A stretch of 64,000 nt of DNA from Escherichia coli. Lineage in GTDB: Bacteria; Pseudomonadota; Gammaproteobacteria; Enterobacterales; Enterobacteriaceae. The notes beneath the pieces were generated by a model. It was not told the origin of the DNA and searched no databases. It was given only the letters and a program-made list of their open reading frames with translations. This document shows positions 14,485-23,923 of this stretch, piece after piece (the first letter of the stretch is position 1; every line of letters starts with the position of its first letter). The stretch is from NCBI RefSeq assembly GCF_001677475.2, contig NZ_CP015229.1, one strand, 5' to 3'. A program made the translations under genes and the position numbers.

Positions 14485-14605
14485 ATTGCCTGATGCGCTA
14501 CGCTTATCAGGCCTACAAGGGGACGCAATTAATTGAATTTGCGGGTTTTGTGGGCCGGATAAGGCGTTCGCGCCGCATCCGGCATAATACACGCGCATTT
14601 TACTG
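14485..14605. repeat. REP elements downstream of cobB
   Basis: Seen in sequence: GCCTGATGCGCTACGCTTATCAGGCCTAC and GCCGGATAAGGCGTTCGCGCCGCATCCGGCA, typical REP palindromes. Confidence 0.5.
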
Positions 14606-14611
14606 CCTCTT

Positions 14612-15400
14612 TTACCGTTTACTCGTCAATAACAACGCGGCAATAAACGTACAGACACCAATCAGCCCTGCCCAGAGTGGCGATATTCTGGTAATTGCAA
14701 AGCTATTATCGATATACAGGCATAAAGCCTGATAGCCCATATTGGCAACAGTCATCGCCACTGCAAATTTTAATGCATAAATAAAACGAGTCGTGTAGTA
14801 AAAGACCGAGGAAAATAAGATAAACGTCGCAGCCCAGGCGATAAAACCTAATGTGTTGGTACTGCCGGGGGGATCATTTTCATGCTGTTGTCCTGGATGC
14901 GGATAATACGTCAGTGGCGGCGTCGGTTGTTTTAATATCTGTACTTGTAGAACAGCCAATGCATTATTGATTCCCTGATACCATAGGCCAGCATGTAAAT
15001 AAGCCAGCGTGTGATTTTCTATCAGAAGGCCGAGATGTTTATCGTCCAGACCGCTTTCAACCTGGCCATTGGTGATCATAATTAACCGTGGTTCGCGGGT
15101 AGTAAATAGTAACAGAACACTTCCTTTTACATCACTCAATGAAGATGACGCATGCGCCAGCATCGCTTTACCATTTTGTCTGAGACTGGCTTCATTATTA
15201 ATGTCGGGTAAAACCACAATAAACGGTGCAACTCCGGTTTGTTGGCGAAAAAGCTCGGCTTTATGCGCGATCTCTTCAGCATCTGGTACAGTACCGGTAA
15301 CATCCGTAAAAAGTGTCTTCATTATTGGAATTAATGGTTTGCTGGCTGCTGTCAGAGGCAGGAGTATCAGTAAACTGAGCAGTATTATGATTTTTTTCAT
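14612..15400 (-). CDS. ycfZ: Inner-membrane protein YcfZ
   Basis: 262-aa ORF with signal/TM segments, in expected synteny. Confidence 0.7.
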   Translation of the reverse strand: MKKIIILLSLLILLPLTAASKPLIPIMKTLFTDVTGTVPDAEEIAHKAELFRQQTGVAPFIVVLPDINNEASLRQNGKAMLAHASSSLSDVKGSVLLLFTTREPRLIMITNGQVESGLDDKHLGLLIENHTLAYLHAGLWYQGINNALAVLQVQILKQPTPPLTYYPHPGQQHENDPPGSTNTLGFIAWAATFILFSSVFYYTTRFIYALKFAVAMTVANMGYQALCLYIDNSFAITRISPLWAGLIGVCTFIAALLLTSKR

Positions 15401-15858
15401 GGGCGGGACTTCCGTTTCCTGCGAGATTTTTTGGTGGAGGGGAGAGTGATTATCAGACCGACACTACCGAAAATAATGCCTGCTATGCCAACAAAGCCCC
15501 ATTTAAAAAAATTAACCCAGGGATTGTTTATTTCGGCTTGTTCTGGATGCCCTGGCGGATAATAGACATTGACTCTGCCACCTTCGCTATCTTCATAAAA
15601 ATCACTACCGATACTCGAATTGAAAATTAGCGTGTAATCTGGCGTAGGGCGAAAGGCAACCACTGGATACCAGGAGCCATTATCACCGACGTCGTTTGAG
15701 TGATTGTTGTACCAAACGACATCAACAATGATTCCTTCTGTATGAACCGCGCTTTTGGTAAAAGTAAAATGGTAACAAAAGATAATTGCAGAAATAACGA
15801 GCAATATCAGACCGATACCGAGAAAAGCGTGGGATAACACTTTACTGTCCTGACTCAT
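15397..15858 (-). CDS. ymfA: Inner-membrane protein YmfA
   Basis: ORF 15397..15900; start at [10 protein letters not shown] inferred (153 aa). Confidence 0.7.
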   Translation of the reverse strand: MSQDSKVLSHAFLGIGLILLVISAIIFCYHFTFTKSAVHTEGIIVDVVWYNNHSNDVGDNGSWYPVVAFRPTPDYTLIFNSSIGSDFYEDSEGGRVNVYYPPGHPEQAEINNPWVNFFKWGFVGIAGIIFGSVGLIITLPSTKKSRRKRKSRP

Positions 15859-15915
15859 TAGCCACATCCTTGCTAAATAAAAAACGGGCGGTAATACCAC
15901 CGCCCGTTTGCTGAA

Positions 15916-16962
15916 TTAACGTCCTGCTTTCAGCTTCTGATAATACTCTTCATAAATGCTGCTGGCTGCGCCAACGTCATTCTGCCATTCACCATTTTTA
16001 ATGGTTTCAGCATCCGGGTAGAGCGTTTTATCGTTCGCCACTTCCGGGCTTAACAGCTTACGCGCCGCAAGGTTTGGCGTTGGATAACCGATAGTTTCGG
16101 CAACCTGTTTTGCCACATCCGGGCGCAGCAGGAAGTTGATCAGTTTCAGCGCGCCTTCTTTGTTTTTGGCATTCGCCGGAATTGCCAGGCTGTCCATCCA
16201 GAAAATGCCGCCTTCTTTCGGCCACACGACGTCAATTGGTGTACCCGCCTGGCGTGCAACGAAAGCAGAACCGTTCCAGATCATGCCGAGGTTAACTTCG
16301 CCTTCCATGTACGGGTTAGCCGGGTTATCGGAGTTAAACGCTGCGACGTTTGGCATCAGTTTTTTCAGCTCGTTATATGCAGCTTCAATCTCTTTCGGAT
16401 CGGTGGTGTTACCGGAATAGCCCAGCTTACGCAGCGCCATCTGGAACACTTCACGGGCATCGTCGGTCAGCAGCAGGCTGCCTTTGTACTCAGGCTTCCA
16501 CAGATCGGCCCAGCTGGTAACGGATTTCGGATCCACCGCATCACCGTTAACGCCAATCGCCGTCGCACCCCAGATATACGGAATGGAGTAGTCGTTATTC
16601 GGGTCAAAAGGCTTGTTGAGCATGTCTGGATCGAGATTGCTGAAGTTCGTTAACTTCGACTTGTCGATCTTCTGGATCATCCCTTCTTTACGCATTTTAT
16701 CGACGTAATAGGTTGAAGGAACCACCAGGTCATAGGCACCGTCTTTGTACGTTTTCAGCTTGGCATACATGGTTTCGTTCGACTCGTAAGTCGAATAGAT
16801 AACCTTAATACCGGTTTCTTTGGTGAACTGTTCAAGCAGTCCTGGCGGCACGTACTCGGTCCAGTTGTAGAAATACAGCGTGTTGTTGTCATCGGCGTGA
16901 GCGGCGCTCATGCCCAGTGCCAGAGCACCCGCCGCGAGCAGGTGGCGTGACCATTTTTTCAT
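15916..16962 (-). CDS. potD: Spermidine/putrescine ABC transporter periplasmic binding protein PotD
   Basis: 348-aa ORF with signal peptide; solute-binding protein in the pot operon. Confidence 0.9.
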   Translation of the reverse strand: MKKWSRHLLAAGALALGMSAAHADDNNTLYFYNWTEYVPPGLLEQFTKETGIKVIYSTYESNETMYAKLKTYKDGAYDLVVPSTYYVDKMRKEGMIQKIDKSKLTNFSNLDPDMLNKPFDPNNDYSIPYIWGATAIGVNGDAVDPKSVTSWADLWKPEYKGSLLLTDDAREVFQMALRKLGYSGNTTDPKEIEAAYNELKKLMPNVAAFNSDNPANPYMEGEVNLGMIWNGSAFVARQAGTPIDVVWPKEGGIFWMDSLAIPANAKNKEGALKLINFLLRPDVAKQVAETIGYPTPNLAARKLLSPEVANDKTLYPDAETIKNGEWQNDVGAASSIYEEYYQKLKAGR

Positions 16963-17753
16963 TTAACGTCCCCTGTGTTACCTTTCGTTTTATCACGAGC
17001 AATAAGCTGGCTGGCAATAACCATCACCAGCGACAGCACCAGTAATATGGTTGCCAGCGCGTTAACTTCCGGCGATACGCCGACTTTGACCATCGAATAA
17101 ATTTTTAACGGCAGAATTTCATAACTTGGTCCGGTGACGAACGAAGAAACTACCACATCGTCCATCGACAGGGTAAAGCTTAACACCCAGCCCGCCGCTA
17201 CCGCTGGCATTGCCAGTGGCAGAATGATTTTTCGCAGAATGGTAAATTCGCTGGCACCGAGATCTTTCGCCGCTTCCAGCATTCGCACGTCAAAACCTTT
17301 CAGGCGCGAATACACTGTCACCACCACAAATGGCAGGCAGAAGGTGATATGCGAGAACAGCAGCGACCAGAAGCCAAGCTGAATACCCAGCAGCATAAAC
17401 AGCACCAGCAGCGAAATCGCCATCACGATATCTGGTGACATCATCACTACAAACAGCATTCCGCTAACGAACGGCTTACCACGAAAGCGATAACGGTACA
17501 GTGCAACTGCCGTCAGTGAACCGATAAGCGTAGCAAACGTCGCCGAAAACACCGCCATTGTTAGTGAATGCTGCGCTGCCTGTAACAGGCTGTCGTTGTT
17601 CATCAGCAGGCTATACCATTTGGTGGTAAAACCCTGCCAGTTGATGCCAAAGCGCGAGCTGTTAAAGGAGTTCACAATCAAAATAATGATTGGGATATAC
17701 AGGTACGCGTAGATAGCGGTCATAAAACCGCCGCGAAGCAGTCGACCGATCAT
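16959..17753 (-). CDS. potC: Spermidine/putrescine ABC transporter permease PotC
   Basis: 264-aa polytopic permease; start ATG overlaps the potB stop (ATGA). Confidence 0.9.
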   Translation of the reverse strand: MIGRLLRGGFMTAIYAYLYIPIIILIVNSFNSSRFGINWQGFTTKWYSLLMNNDSLLQAAQHSLTMAVFSATFATLIGSLTAVALYRYRFRGKPFVSGMLFVVMMSPDIVMAISLLVLFMLLGIQLGFWSLLFSHITFCLPFVVVTVYSRLKGFDVRMLEAAKDLGASEFTILRKIILPLAMPAVAAGWVLSFTLSMDDVVVSSFVTGPSYEILPLKIYSMVKVGVSPEVNALATILLVLSLVMVIASQLIARDKTKGNTGDVK

Positions 17754-17800
17754 TCGAGTTCCACCTTCTTATTCATAAGGCGGGACACTTTCAGGATTTT
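17750..17800 (-). other. potB: 3'-terminal remnant of potB abutting the prophage left end (attL region)
   Basis: Minus-strand frame ending ...KVSRLMNKKVELE with stop overlapping potC start. No full-length potB upstream; the integrase gene follows within ~170 bp. Boundary is inferred. Confidence 0.5.
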
Positions 17801-17919
17801 GAATTTATTCAATTTTTTCCTTTCTCCAAAATCTCTCCAAAACGTTTCCCCAAAACTAGGCCACGCATTTTACAACACTTTTTTCCTGAGATGGTGACGG
17901 ATATTCCATATGGTGTTTG

Positions 17920-19038
17920 TCAAATAACCAACTTAACCCATTCCTGACCTCGAGTATCGTTATAGCGATCGGTGGTTGCCTGGACTTTATGTCCTAGTAA
18001 TGTTTTTGTATCGATACCCTGTGCACGGTACAGCCGTTCTGATAGAGAGCGTTGTTCATGAAATGTTGGCGGAGTTTTTCCTGCTGGTGGAATTATCCCA
18101 GCCAGATCCCGTGCTTTGGCAAAGTAGTCGCTCAGGTTGTCTTTACTCATCGACTTCGGTTGTTTCTGGTGCCGACTATGGATTAGATATGGACTTAATA
18201 TTCTGTCTCGGCACCCATCAATAACTTCTTTTAACGTTATCCCAATGGCATCACAGCGTAGTGTAAGCGGTAACGCCAGACGCATTCCGGTTTTTCCTTG
18301 GGTGATATGCAAGTGTTCGTTCCACACATCTGAAAAACGCATGTGGCAAATGTCATCACGGCGCTGACCAGTAACAATCGCAAGAAGCATTGCGTTACGG
18401 ATAAAGTGTTTTTCAGGCGTTGCGTTGTAAATTTTTTGCCAGTCTTCCAGGGTGAGTCTGGCTCTGGTTACTTTAGGGATTGGTTTACGGGTAGCCTCCG
18501 GAGGATTCCATCCAGGAGGAACTTCCCCTGCATGCTGTGCTTCTTTATAAATATCAAGCCATAATCCGCGATTTACTCTCGCTGTGCTGACCATGTCTTT
18601 ATCCAGCCACTCATCCAGTATTAATGCAAAGTCTCTTACTTCCAGTTCTTTCAATGGGTGGTTTCCCAGACGGGAAACCAGGAATGCAGCCATTCGCGCT
18701 TTTTCTTTGTGGGTTGTAGCTGCAATATCTCCATTTTTCAGGCGCGCGTCCTGTATTTTCAGATATCGATCAACCCATGCCTTTAATCTGATACCCCGAC
18801 GTTTTGTTGCTGATGGACTTTCATCAATTTTGCGCATGAAATATTCAGCTTCTGCTGCAGCTATTCGCTGATTGGCTGTGGAAGCGATTTTTTCTGCCTT
18901 ACCTTTGTCTGTTCCGAGTCCGTGAAATTTTCCAGTCACAGGATTTTTATACTGGTAGTAAACTCTGCCAGTTCTGCGATCAAACTTTTCGTAAAGACCG
19001 GCTACGTCAGTGCTGTTTTTTCGTGGCCTCGGTGACAT
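17920..19038 (-). CDS. int: Phage integrase (tyrosine recombinase)
   Basis: 372-aa ORF with C-terminal tyrosine-recombinase catalytic region (R...HxxR...Y), next to the disrupted host gene. Confidence 0.85.
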   Translation of the reverse strand: MSPRPRKNSTDVAGLYEKFDRRTGRVYYQYKNPVTGKFHGLGTDKGKAEKIASTANQRIAAAEAEYFMRKIDESPSATKRRGIRLKAWVDRYLKIQDARLKNGDIAATTHKEKARMAAFLVSRLGNHPLKELEVRDFALILDEWLDKDMVSTARVNRGLWLDIYKEAQHAGEVPPGWNPPEATRKPIPKVTRARLTLEDWQKIYNATPEKHFIRNAMLLAIVTGQRRDDICHMRFSDVWNEHLHITQGKTGMRLALPLTLRCDAIGITLKEVIDGCRDRILSPYLIHSRHQKQPKSMSKDNLSDYFAKARDLAGIIPPAGKTPPTFHEQRSLSERLYRAQGIDTKTLLGHKVQATTDRYNDTRGQEWVKLVI

Positions 19039-19276
19039 GAGTTAAAATCTCCTTCAGTGCATCATCATCGCCAGTATGAATTTCCGGCGCAATTCCCGTT
19101 TCACCAGGCCCAACAAATACTGCTCGGCGATCTATCAGCCAACGCCCACGAATTTTTTGTGGTCTTGGAACGATGTATCCTAGTTTTCCGTATTTCACCA
19201 GGGTAGTGTTTGTTATTGGGAGACTGAACCGTTTTGGTTTCCACTCGTCGAGCGTTATCAGGTACTGTTCGCTCAT
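19007..19276 (-). CDS. xis: Excisionase (Xis-like)
   Basis: Small basic ORF directly upstream of and overlapping int (LITLDEWKPKRFSLP...). Start choice inferred. Confidence 0.55.
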   Translation of the reverse strand: MSEQYLITLDEWKPKRFSLPITNTTLVKYGKLGYIVPRPQKIRGRWLIDRRAVFVGPGETGIAPEIHTGDDDALKEILTHVTEATKKQH

Positions 19277-19337
19277 GGCTATCACTCCGGAACGCGCCAG
19301 TTGCAGAATATCAACGACAACTGGCGACGGTTGAACA

Positions 19338-21809
19338 TTAAAAATCAGCCTGATTCGGGATCAGTTTTTGCCAGATAGCTGAAACGTATTTTGCCTGGTG
19401 ACGAGCGTCATCAAGTGCATTATGGCGCTCACCTTCGAATGGGATAGCAGTTCTGGCATCGAAGTCTATGGTTTTCCCCAGCTCAACGATTGTGCGTACA
19501 TCGCGATCGTTGTAGTAACGCCACGGGCAGGGGATCCCCTGCCGTTCGTATGAACGGCGCAAAATCGTGTTGTCGAAGTTGGCTCCATTTCCCCAGACCT
19601 GAACAAAAAACTCACCGGAGTTTTCGGCGATAAATTCCCGCAATTGCAGTAGTGCATCATCTAACGGGATTTCATCGGTCATAATGGCAGACTGCGCTTC
19701 ACGTGATTGCTTCAGCCACCATTTAATGACGTCACGATCAATGACTCCGCCAGCAGTATCCAGATCGATGGTCTTGCTAAATTCCGGTCCCATATCACCG
19801 GTTTGCGGATCGAAAAATATTGCACCTATTGAGATAATCGGGGCATCAGGATTTTTTCCCATGGTTTCAAGGTCGATCATCAGATGAATCCCCGCTCTGC
19901 TGGTGGATGTGAGATTATGATGACTGTTCATCTTAATTAAGGGATCTGTCGCCTCGCCAGTTTTATTATCGCTGGCGTGATGCTGATTGCCGCCAGGGTT
20001 CTCCTTGTGTGGATGTTCAGCGCCTTCCATTTCCTCCGGATCATTTTCCTGAACTTCAGGCTGATTCTCTTCATCGAATATTTCCTGGTATGTTGCGTCA
20101 CCCATCACCGCGCCACAATCAGGGCAGTTGCCGCCACCGCTCTGACCGCAGGCTGTGCAGACTTTTTCCGGTTCCTGTTGCGCTACTGGCTCAGGTTGTT
20201 TCGTTTCTGGCTCGTTTTGTTGCGTATTTGGGCTGTTTTGTTCCGCTTTCTGGTCGTTCTGTTCCGTTTCTTGCTGGTTCTGGTTCACAGAATCGCGGGT
20301 TTCAATCCCCTTCACCCATTTCGGATCATTCGGATCGCTAATCCCTGCAACAAATTCACCACGTGATACTGCAAGCAGTTCATCGGCGTCATGCTGGCTG
20401 ATATTGGCTGCCTGCATAATTTTGTTTACTTCGTCAGCGGTAACTTTTACCGGCCCTGGTTGTGCGGTCGTGTCAGATGCACCAGTATTTTGTTGTGAAC
20501 CTGAGTATGTACCGTTTTTGCGGGCGAAATATTCTTCTTTCGTGATTTCAGTAGCCCCGGCAGCCAGTGCCTTATCCAGACCAGAAAGTTTGTTTGCGCG
20601 ACCGTATTTTTCGCCATCCTTGTCGGTGAAGAGGAAGTAGAATGGCCCCTCACGCTCTACAGATGGTTCGACTTCCACTTTGCATTCGGTTTTTTCGTTG
20701 TCCGGAATTGCCGTTTCCACTGCATCAGTTTCTGGTACTGGCGACGAGAGAGTATCAGTTGCGCTCTGATTTCTTCCTTCATCTTCAAACACGCCCTTTG
20801 TAGTCAGGTATTCAGTAATGTATTTGTTCAGTGCCACAGGGTCTTTGTGAATGTCGATCGGACGTTCACGAACAAGGCCAAAAATAGTCTGGCGGTCGTA
20901 GCGAAGGGCATCAGGCTGTTTGCGCATTGATGCCGAGATACGCTTCCAGTCTTCGCGGTCGTTGTCGATAACTTCATTTTTTGCCCAGCGATGGATGCTG
21001 CCATCAATGTTTCCGACATCCACATCACCAGGCCAGAGAGCGTAGGCCAGTTCGTCATCCAGTGTTTTCCATGTCTGCTTGTATTCGCGATGAGTGGCAG
21101 CAATGACCGGGCTGATTTTTCCTGTTGAATTTTCAGTGTGCTGTTGATTGGCTCTGGCGCGGGCGAGATCAACAACAGACGTGTATTTTCCGGTTTCCTT
21201 GCGTTCACCTTCGCGACGTTTTTTCCAGATGCGCATCTCTGCCTGAATTTCGGGCCATTTGGCACCAGGCTTACATTTATGCTTAACCCACCCGATGGCA
21301 TGCAGCTTAAGCTCCGGATACATGGCGTTAACTTCTGGCATTTTCATCAACGCTTCAACGATATGTCCGTCGAATGTTGCCATGTCTTCCTGCAACAATT
21401 CCTGCGCGCTAATCACCATATCAACGGTGATGTTTTCACATGTACCGAACTTAACCAGGACCGCGTTCTGTACTTCAAGGGACAGCTTGTCAAAATTGAC
21501 GTTAATAGGATCGGATTCTGGTTCGACCGGAATAAAGGAAGCGGATTCCTCATCCCAGCGGTTTTCCTGCATATATTCGGTATCCCAGGAGTCGATAGCA
21601 GGGCGGGGCATGCCGGGTTTATCTTCGCAGACAAGAAATTTATAAGCGCAGTCCTGAGCAGCAGGATATTGCTCCAGGAATTGCCAGGTAAATTTGGCAC
21701 GGGCGCGGCGTTCATCACCGGCTTCAATGGCAGTGGCTACAGCAACTGCGCCCTCTTCTTTTATTGCCTGTTCGTCCGGAATGGCGGCGCAAATAAAGAC
21801 TTTACTCAT
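19338..21809 (-). CDS. Large phage exonuclease: acidic/Q-rich linker, zinc ribbon, C-terminal DnaQ-like (DEDDh) 3'-5' exonuclease domain
   Basis: 823-aa ORF. C-terminus has LMIDLETMG...GANFDNTIL...HNALDDARH motifs; CTACGQSGGGNCPDCG zinc ribbon mid-protein. Functional name inferred. Confidence 0.6.
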   Translation of the reverse strand: MSKVFICAAIPDEQAIKEEGAVAVATAIEAGDERRARAKFTWQFLEQYPAAQDCAYKFLVCEDKPGMPRPAIDSWDTEYMQENRWDEESASFIPVEPESDPINVNFDKLSLEVQNAVLVKFGTCENITVDMVISAQELLQEDMATFDGHIVEALMKMPEVNAMYPELKLHAIGWVKHKCKPGAKWPEIQAEMRIWKKRREGERKETGKYTSVVDLARARANQQHTENSTGKISPVIAATHREYKQTWKTLDDELAYALWPGDVDVGNIDGSIHRWAKNEVIDNDREDWKRISASMRKQPDALRYDRQTIFGLVRERPIDIHKDPVALNKYITEYLTTKGVFEDEGRNQSATDTLSSPVPETDAVETAIPDNEKTECKVEVEPSVEREGPFYFLFTDKDGEKYGRANKLSGLDKALAAGATEITKEEYFARKNGTYSGSQQNTGASDTTAQPGPVKVTADEVNKIMQAANISQHDADELLAVSRGEFVAGISDPNDPKWVKGIETRDSVNQNQQETEQNDQKAEQNSPNTQQNEPETKQPEPVAQQEPEKVCTACGQSGGGNCPDCGAVMGDATYQEIFDEENQPEVQENDPEEMEGAEHPHKENPGGNQHHASDNKTGEATDPLIKMNSHHNLTSTSRAGIHLMIDLETMGKNPDAPIISIGAIFFDPQTGDMGPEFSKTIDLDTAGGVIDRDVIKWWLKQSREAQSAIMTDEIPLDDALLQLREFIAENSGEFFVQVWGNGANFDNTILRRSYERQGIPCPWRYYNDRDVRTIVELGKTIDFDARTAIPFEGERHNALDDARHQAKYVSAIWQKLIPNQADF

Positions 21810-21902
21810 TTTGTTTTAACCTCATTACAGATTTAAGGGTGAACAAATCCCTGCCATTGCTGGCATATAAAAATGAAACCGGATATTAATTACGGTGCTG
21901 TT

Positions 21903-22094
21903 TTAAAGTCCTGCCGGTATTTCGTTATTATTAGTGTGAGTAGTTTTATCTACCGGATAACAGTTACCGGGAATTTTTTGTTCTGCTGCTGCAGCCATGC
22001 ATTCTTTCATTGAACCGTATAAGCCAGTCACCAGCTCAAGAGATTCGCCGGAAACAAGATAAACTGTCAGAACGAGTGCAAATGTTGTATTCAT
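21903..22094 (-). CDS. Hypothetical small protein (63 aa) with N-terminal hydrophobic segment
   Basis: ORF only; 4-bp overlap with upstream dicB-like gene suggests translational coupling. Confidence 0.35.
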   Translation of the reverse strand: MNTTFALVLTVYLVSGESLELVTGLYGSMKECMAAAAEQKIPGNCYPVDKTTHTNNNEIPAGL

Positions 22095-22279
22095 TGTTTA
22101 TATCCTTTTTGCAGCAGGTCCAGACGAGCCAGCATTGAAGGAATGCATACTTCATTTAACAGGTCCTGCTCGAGTTTTCTCTGCTTAATGGCGTCTTCAA
22201 TAAATGTTTTGTCTCCAGTGATAACGCCAATTTCGAAACGAAGTTCAGACGTGCTGGCATTACATGATAACTTTTCCAT
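22091..22279 (-). CDS. dicB: DicB-like cell-division inhibitor
   Basis: Internal start of ORF 22091..22384 gives a 62-aa protein (MEKLSCNASTSELRFEIGVITGDKTFIEDAIKQRKLEQDLLNEVCIPSMLARLDLLQKGYKQ) closely resembling recalled Qin DicB. Confidence 0.75.
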   Translation of the reverse strand: MEKLSCNASTSELRFEIGVITGDKTFIEDAIKQRKLEQDLLNEVCIPSMLARLDLLQKGYKQ

Positions 22280-22450
22280 TATCGCGTCCTCAACAATGAA
22301 TTTTGTGATGCGGTGCCTGGTGCCTCCAGGTGACGTTAACCAGTTAACAATTAACGCAGGATACAGAGAATCCACCCATAACACTGTTTTTGGTTTTTAC
22401 TGTTCCGCGTGCGCTGAGCCGCATTCACCGCATCACAAAATTCACTTTTA

Positions 22451-22508
22451 AAAAAGGGCGGCAGAGCAGTCACGGAGTAAAACTGATACCGCCAAATGTC
22501 ACCAGAAT
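22451..22508 (-). ncRNA. dicF: DicF-like small regulatory RNA
   Basis: Minus-strand sequence ATTCTGGTGACATTTGGCGGTATCAGTTTTACTCCGTGACTGCTCTGCCGCCC + T-run matches recalled E. coli DicF except 2-3 nt; lies ~170 nt upstream of dicB as in Qin. Confidence 0.7.
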
Positions 22509-22856
22509 ATTGATAACAGAGGGCGTTGTAGCGGGGTTGTCACTTAAGCGTATGGTCAACCTGACAACCCGGTGTCCTCAACGGGGAAAGGCGTCCCTCC
22601 CACCCCCGCCATACTTACCGCCGCGCCATTTCGCGGGTCGCCACAACCGGAAGCGCACGGTCGAATTAAATTTAACGACACCGTGCAGTGAGACGAACTT
22701 CGCCGTGCGCTTTCGTGTTGTGTGCCTGCTTTTAACCACGTCAGGCGAGGTGGTTTCCGTCATTCCCCAACGACAGGAAATCTGTATAATCTGGGTATCC
22801 CCAACGATCCAAGGAAATCATATGACAGAGCAAAGAGCACAAGCAGGTGATGGTGT

Positions 22857-23303
22857 ATGGACCGGGATGATATTCTTGACAGAATTTTTTATGGCTATTT
22901 TCTTGAGCAACTGTTTTCTGTAGCGACTGGTCGTCTCGATAAACTTCTCTCAGTAGTGAGTATTATCCTCGGTTCATCTGTCATTGGCGGATTCATTCCG
23001 GAAATTTCTGGCGTTTTTATTGTTGTGATCGCAACCGTCCAAACGATTTATGGATTCGGACAAAAGTCAGGTAATACCATGAGAAAATCCGCAGAATATT
23101 TGCAGCTTTTTGATGATGCAGAAAAATATTCTGATTCGGAATTGAAAATTCAGTTAAAAACTCTGGAAAAAACAGATGATCATATTTGGTCATCACTTAA
23201 AGATATTGCGATCTTAAAAACACAGATCAAAATAGGCGTCTCCATCGAACAACAAGAGAAGTTGCCCACAAAATCCAAATTGATGCGATTTCTTTGTGGT
23301 TAG
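22857..23303 (+). CDS. Hypothetical membrane protein, transcribed opposite to the early-left operon
   Basis: 148-aa ORF with one strongly hydrophobic segment; AT-rich relative to flanks; TATAAT at ~22784 and RBS-like AGGTGA upstream. Function unknown. Confidence 0.45.
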   Translation: MDRDDILDRIFYGYFLEQLFSVATGRLDKLLSVVSIILGSSVIGGFIPEISGVFIVVIATVQTIYGFGQKSGNTMRKSAEYLQLFDDAEKYSDSELKIQLKTLEKTDDHIWSSLKDIAILKTQIKIGVSIEQQEKLPTKSKLMRFLCG

Positions 23304-23392
23304 GAATATCCAGATTGTTAAAGAGCATGCCGGAGGTTTATCCGTGTCCGGCGCACGCACTTCATCTGCGGAGAACTACTTGAGCTCATTGG

Positions 23393-23608
23393 TCAGTAGT
23401 TTTCAATCACTCGCGAAACGTTTAATGCCGCGCTTTTTGCCAGAGTGGTAATATCCTGCTCCGCTGACACCAGTTCTTTAGAGAGGCGCTCTTTGTAGTC
23501 AGCGGCCTGCTTCAGGTCATTAATGGCGCGTATCTTTCCGCACATCCATTCGTAAATTTCATCCTCGGTATAGTCTGGTGCGATGATGACGGGTTCTCGT
23601 TTCTGCAT
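23393..23608 (-). CDS. Hypothetical protein (71 aa), early-left operon
   Basis: ORF only. Confidence 0.35.
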   Translation of the reverse strand: MQKREPVIIAPDYTEDEIYEWMCGKIRAINDLKQAADYKERLSKELVSAEQDITTLAKSAALNVSRVIENY

Positions 23609-23637
23609 ACTGATTCCTCGCGGTGCCGCTTCGCTTA

Positions 23638-23766
23638 TCAGCCGTTAGATTTTGCCGAACTGGAAAGCGCCTGTTTAAACTCACTGAAGCTGAGAGCTTC
23701 TTCGCCTTCGGCAAGGTCTTCGAAGTATTCTTCGTAAGCCTTTTCCATGATTGCGTCGAAATCCAT
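23638..23766 (-). CDS. Hypothetical small acidic protein (42 aa)
   Basis: Hand translation: MDFDAIMEKAYEEYFEDLAEGEEALSFSEFKQALSSSAKSNG; tightly packed with neighbours. Confidence 0.3.
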   Translation of the reverse strand: MDFDAIMEKAYEEYFEDLAEGEEALSFSEFKQALSSSAKSNG

Positions 23767-23767
23767 A

Positions 23768-23923
23768 TCACTCACCTGAATTTCTTTCCAGCCAGCGACG
23801 AGCGCCAGTTTCGGTTTTAAACGTTTTACTTTTGGTATACGTCATCGCGGTGAATGTGCCGTCCTGGTTGGGAAACACGCCGTACACCAGAGATTCGTTG
23901 TTGCCAAGATCGATAGTATCCAT
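23768..23923 (-). CDS. Hypothetical small protein (51 aa)
   Basis: Internal start of ORF 23768..24010 (MDTIDLGNNESLVYGV...) preceded by GAGG Shine-Dalgarno; first gene of the leftward operon. Confidence 0.35.
   Translation of the reverse strand: MDTIDLGNNESLVYGVFPNQDGTFTAMTYTKSKTFKTETGARRWLERNSGE

Noticed and set aside
19977-21836. + strand ORFs (e.g. 20155..20640, 21138..21836) overlapping the 823-aa exonuclease gene
   Set aside because: Antisense shadow ORFs within a single long coding frame; low-complexity repeats in the exo linker generate spurious frames.
22510-22820. Possible retron msr/msd ncRNA in the GC-rich hairpin region
   Set aside because: No reverse-transcriptase gene anywhere nearby and no flanking a1/a2 repeats found; more likely leader RNA or degraded small genes.
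22390-22923. 177-aa + strand ORF spanning the DicF region and GC-rich leader
   Set aside because: Overlaps the DicF sRNA and has no start context; only its last ~34 codons (from ATG 22822) have a convincing RBS, noted as a possible leader peptide.
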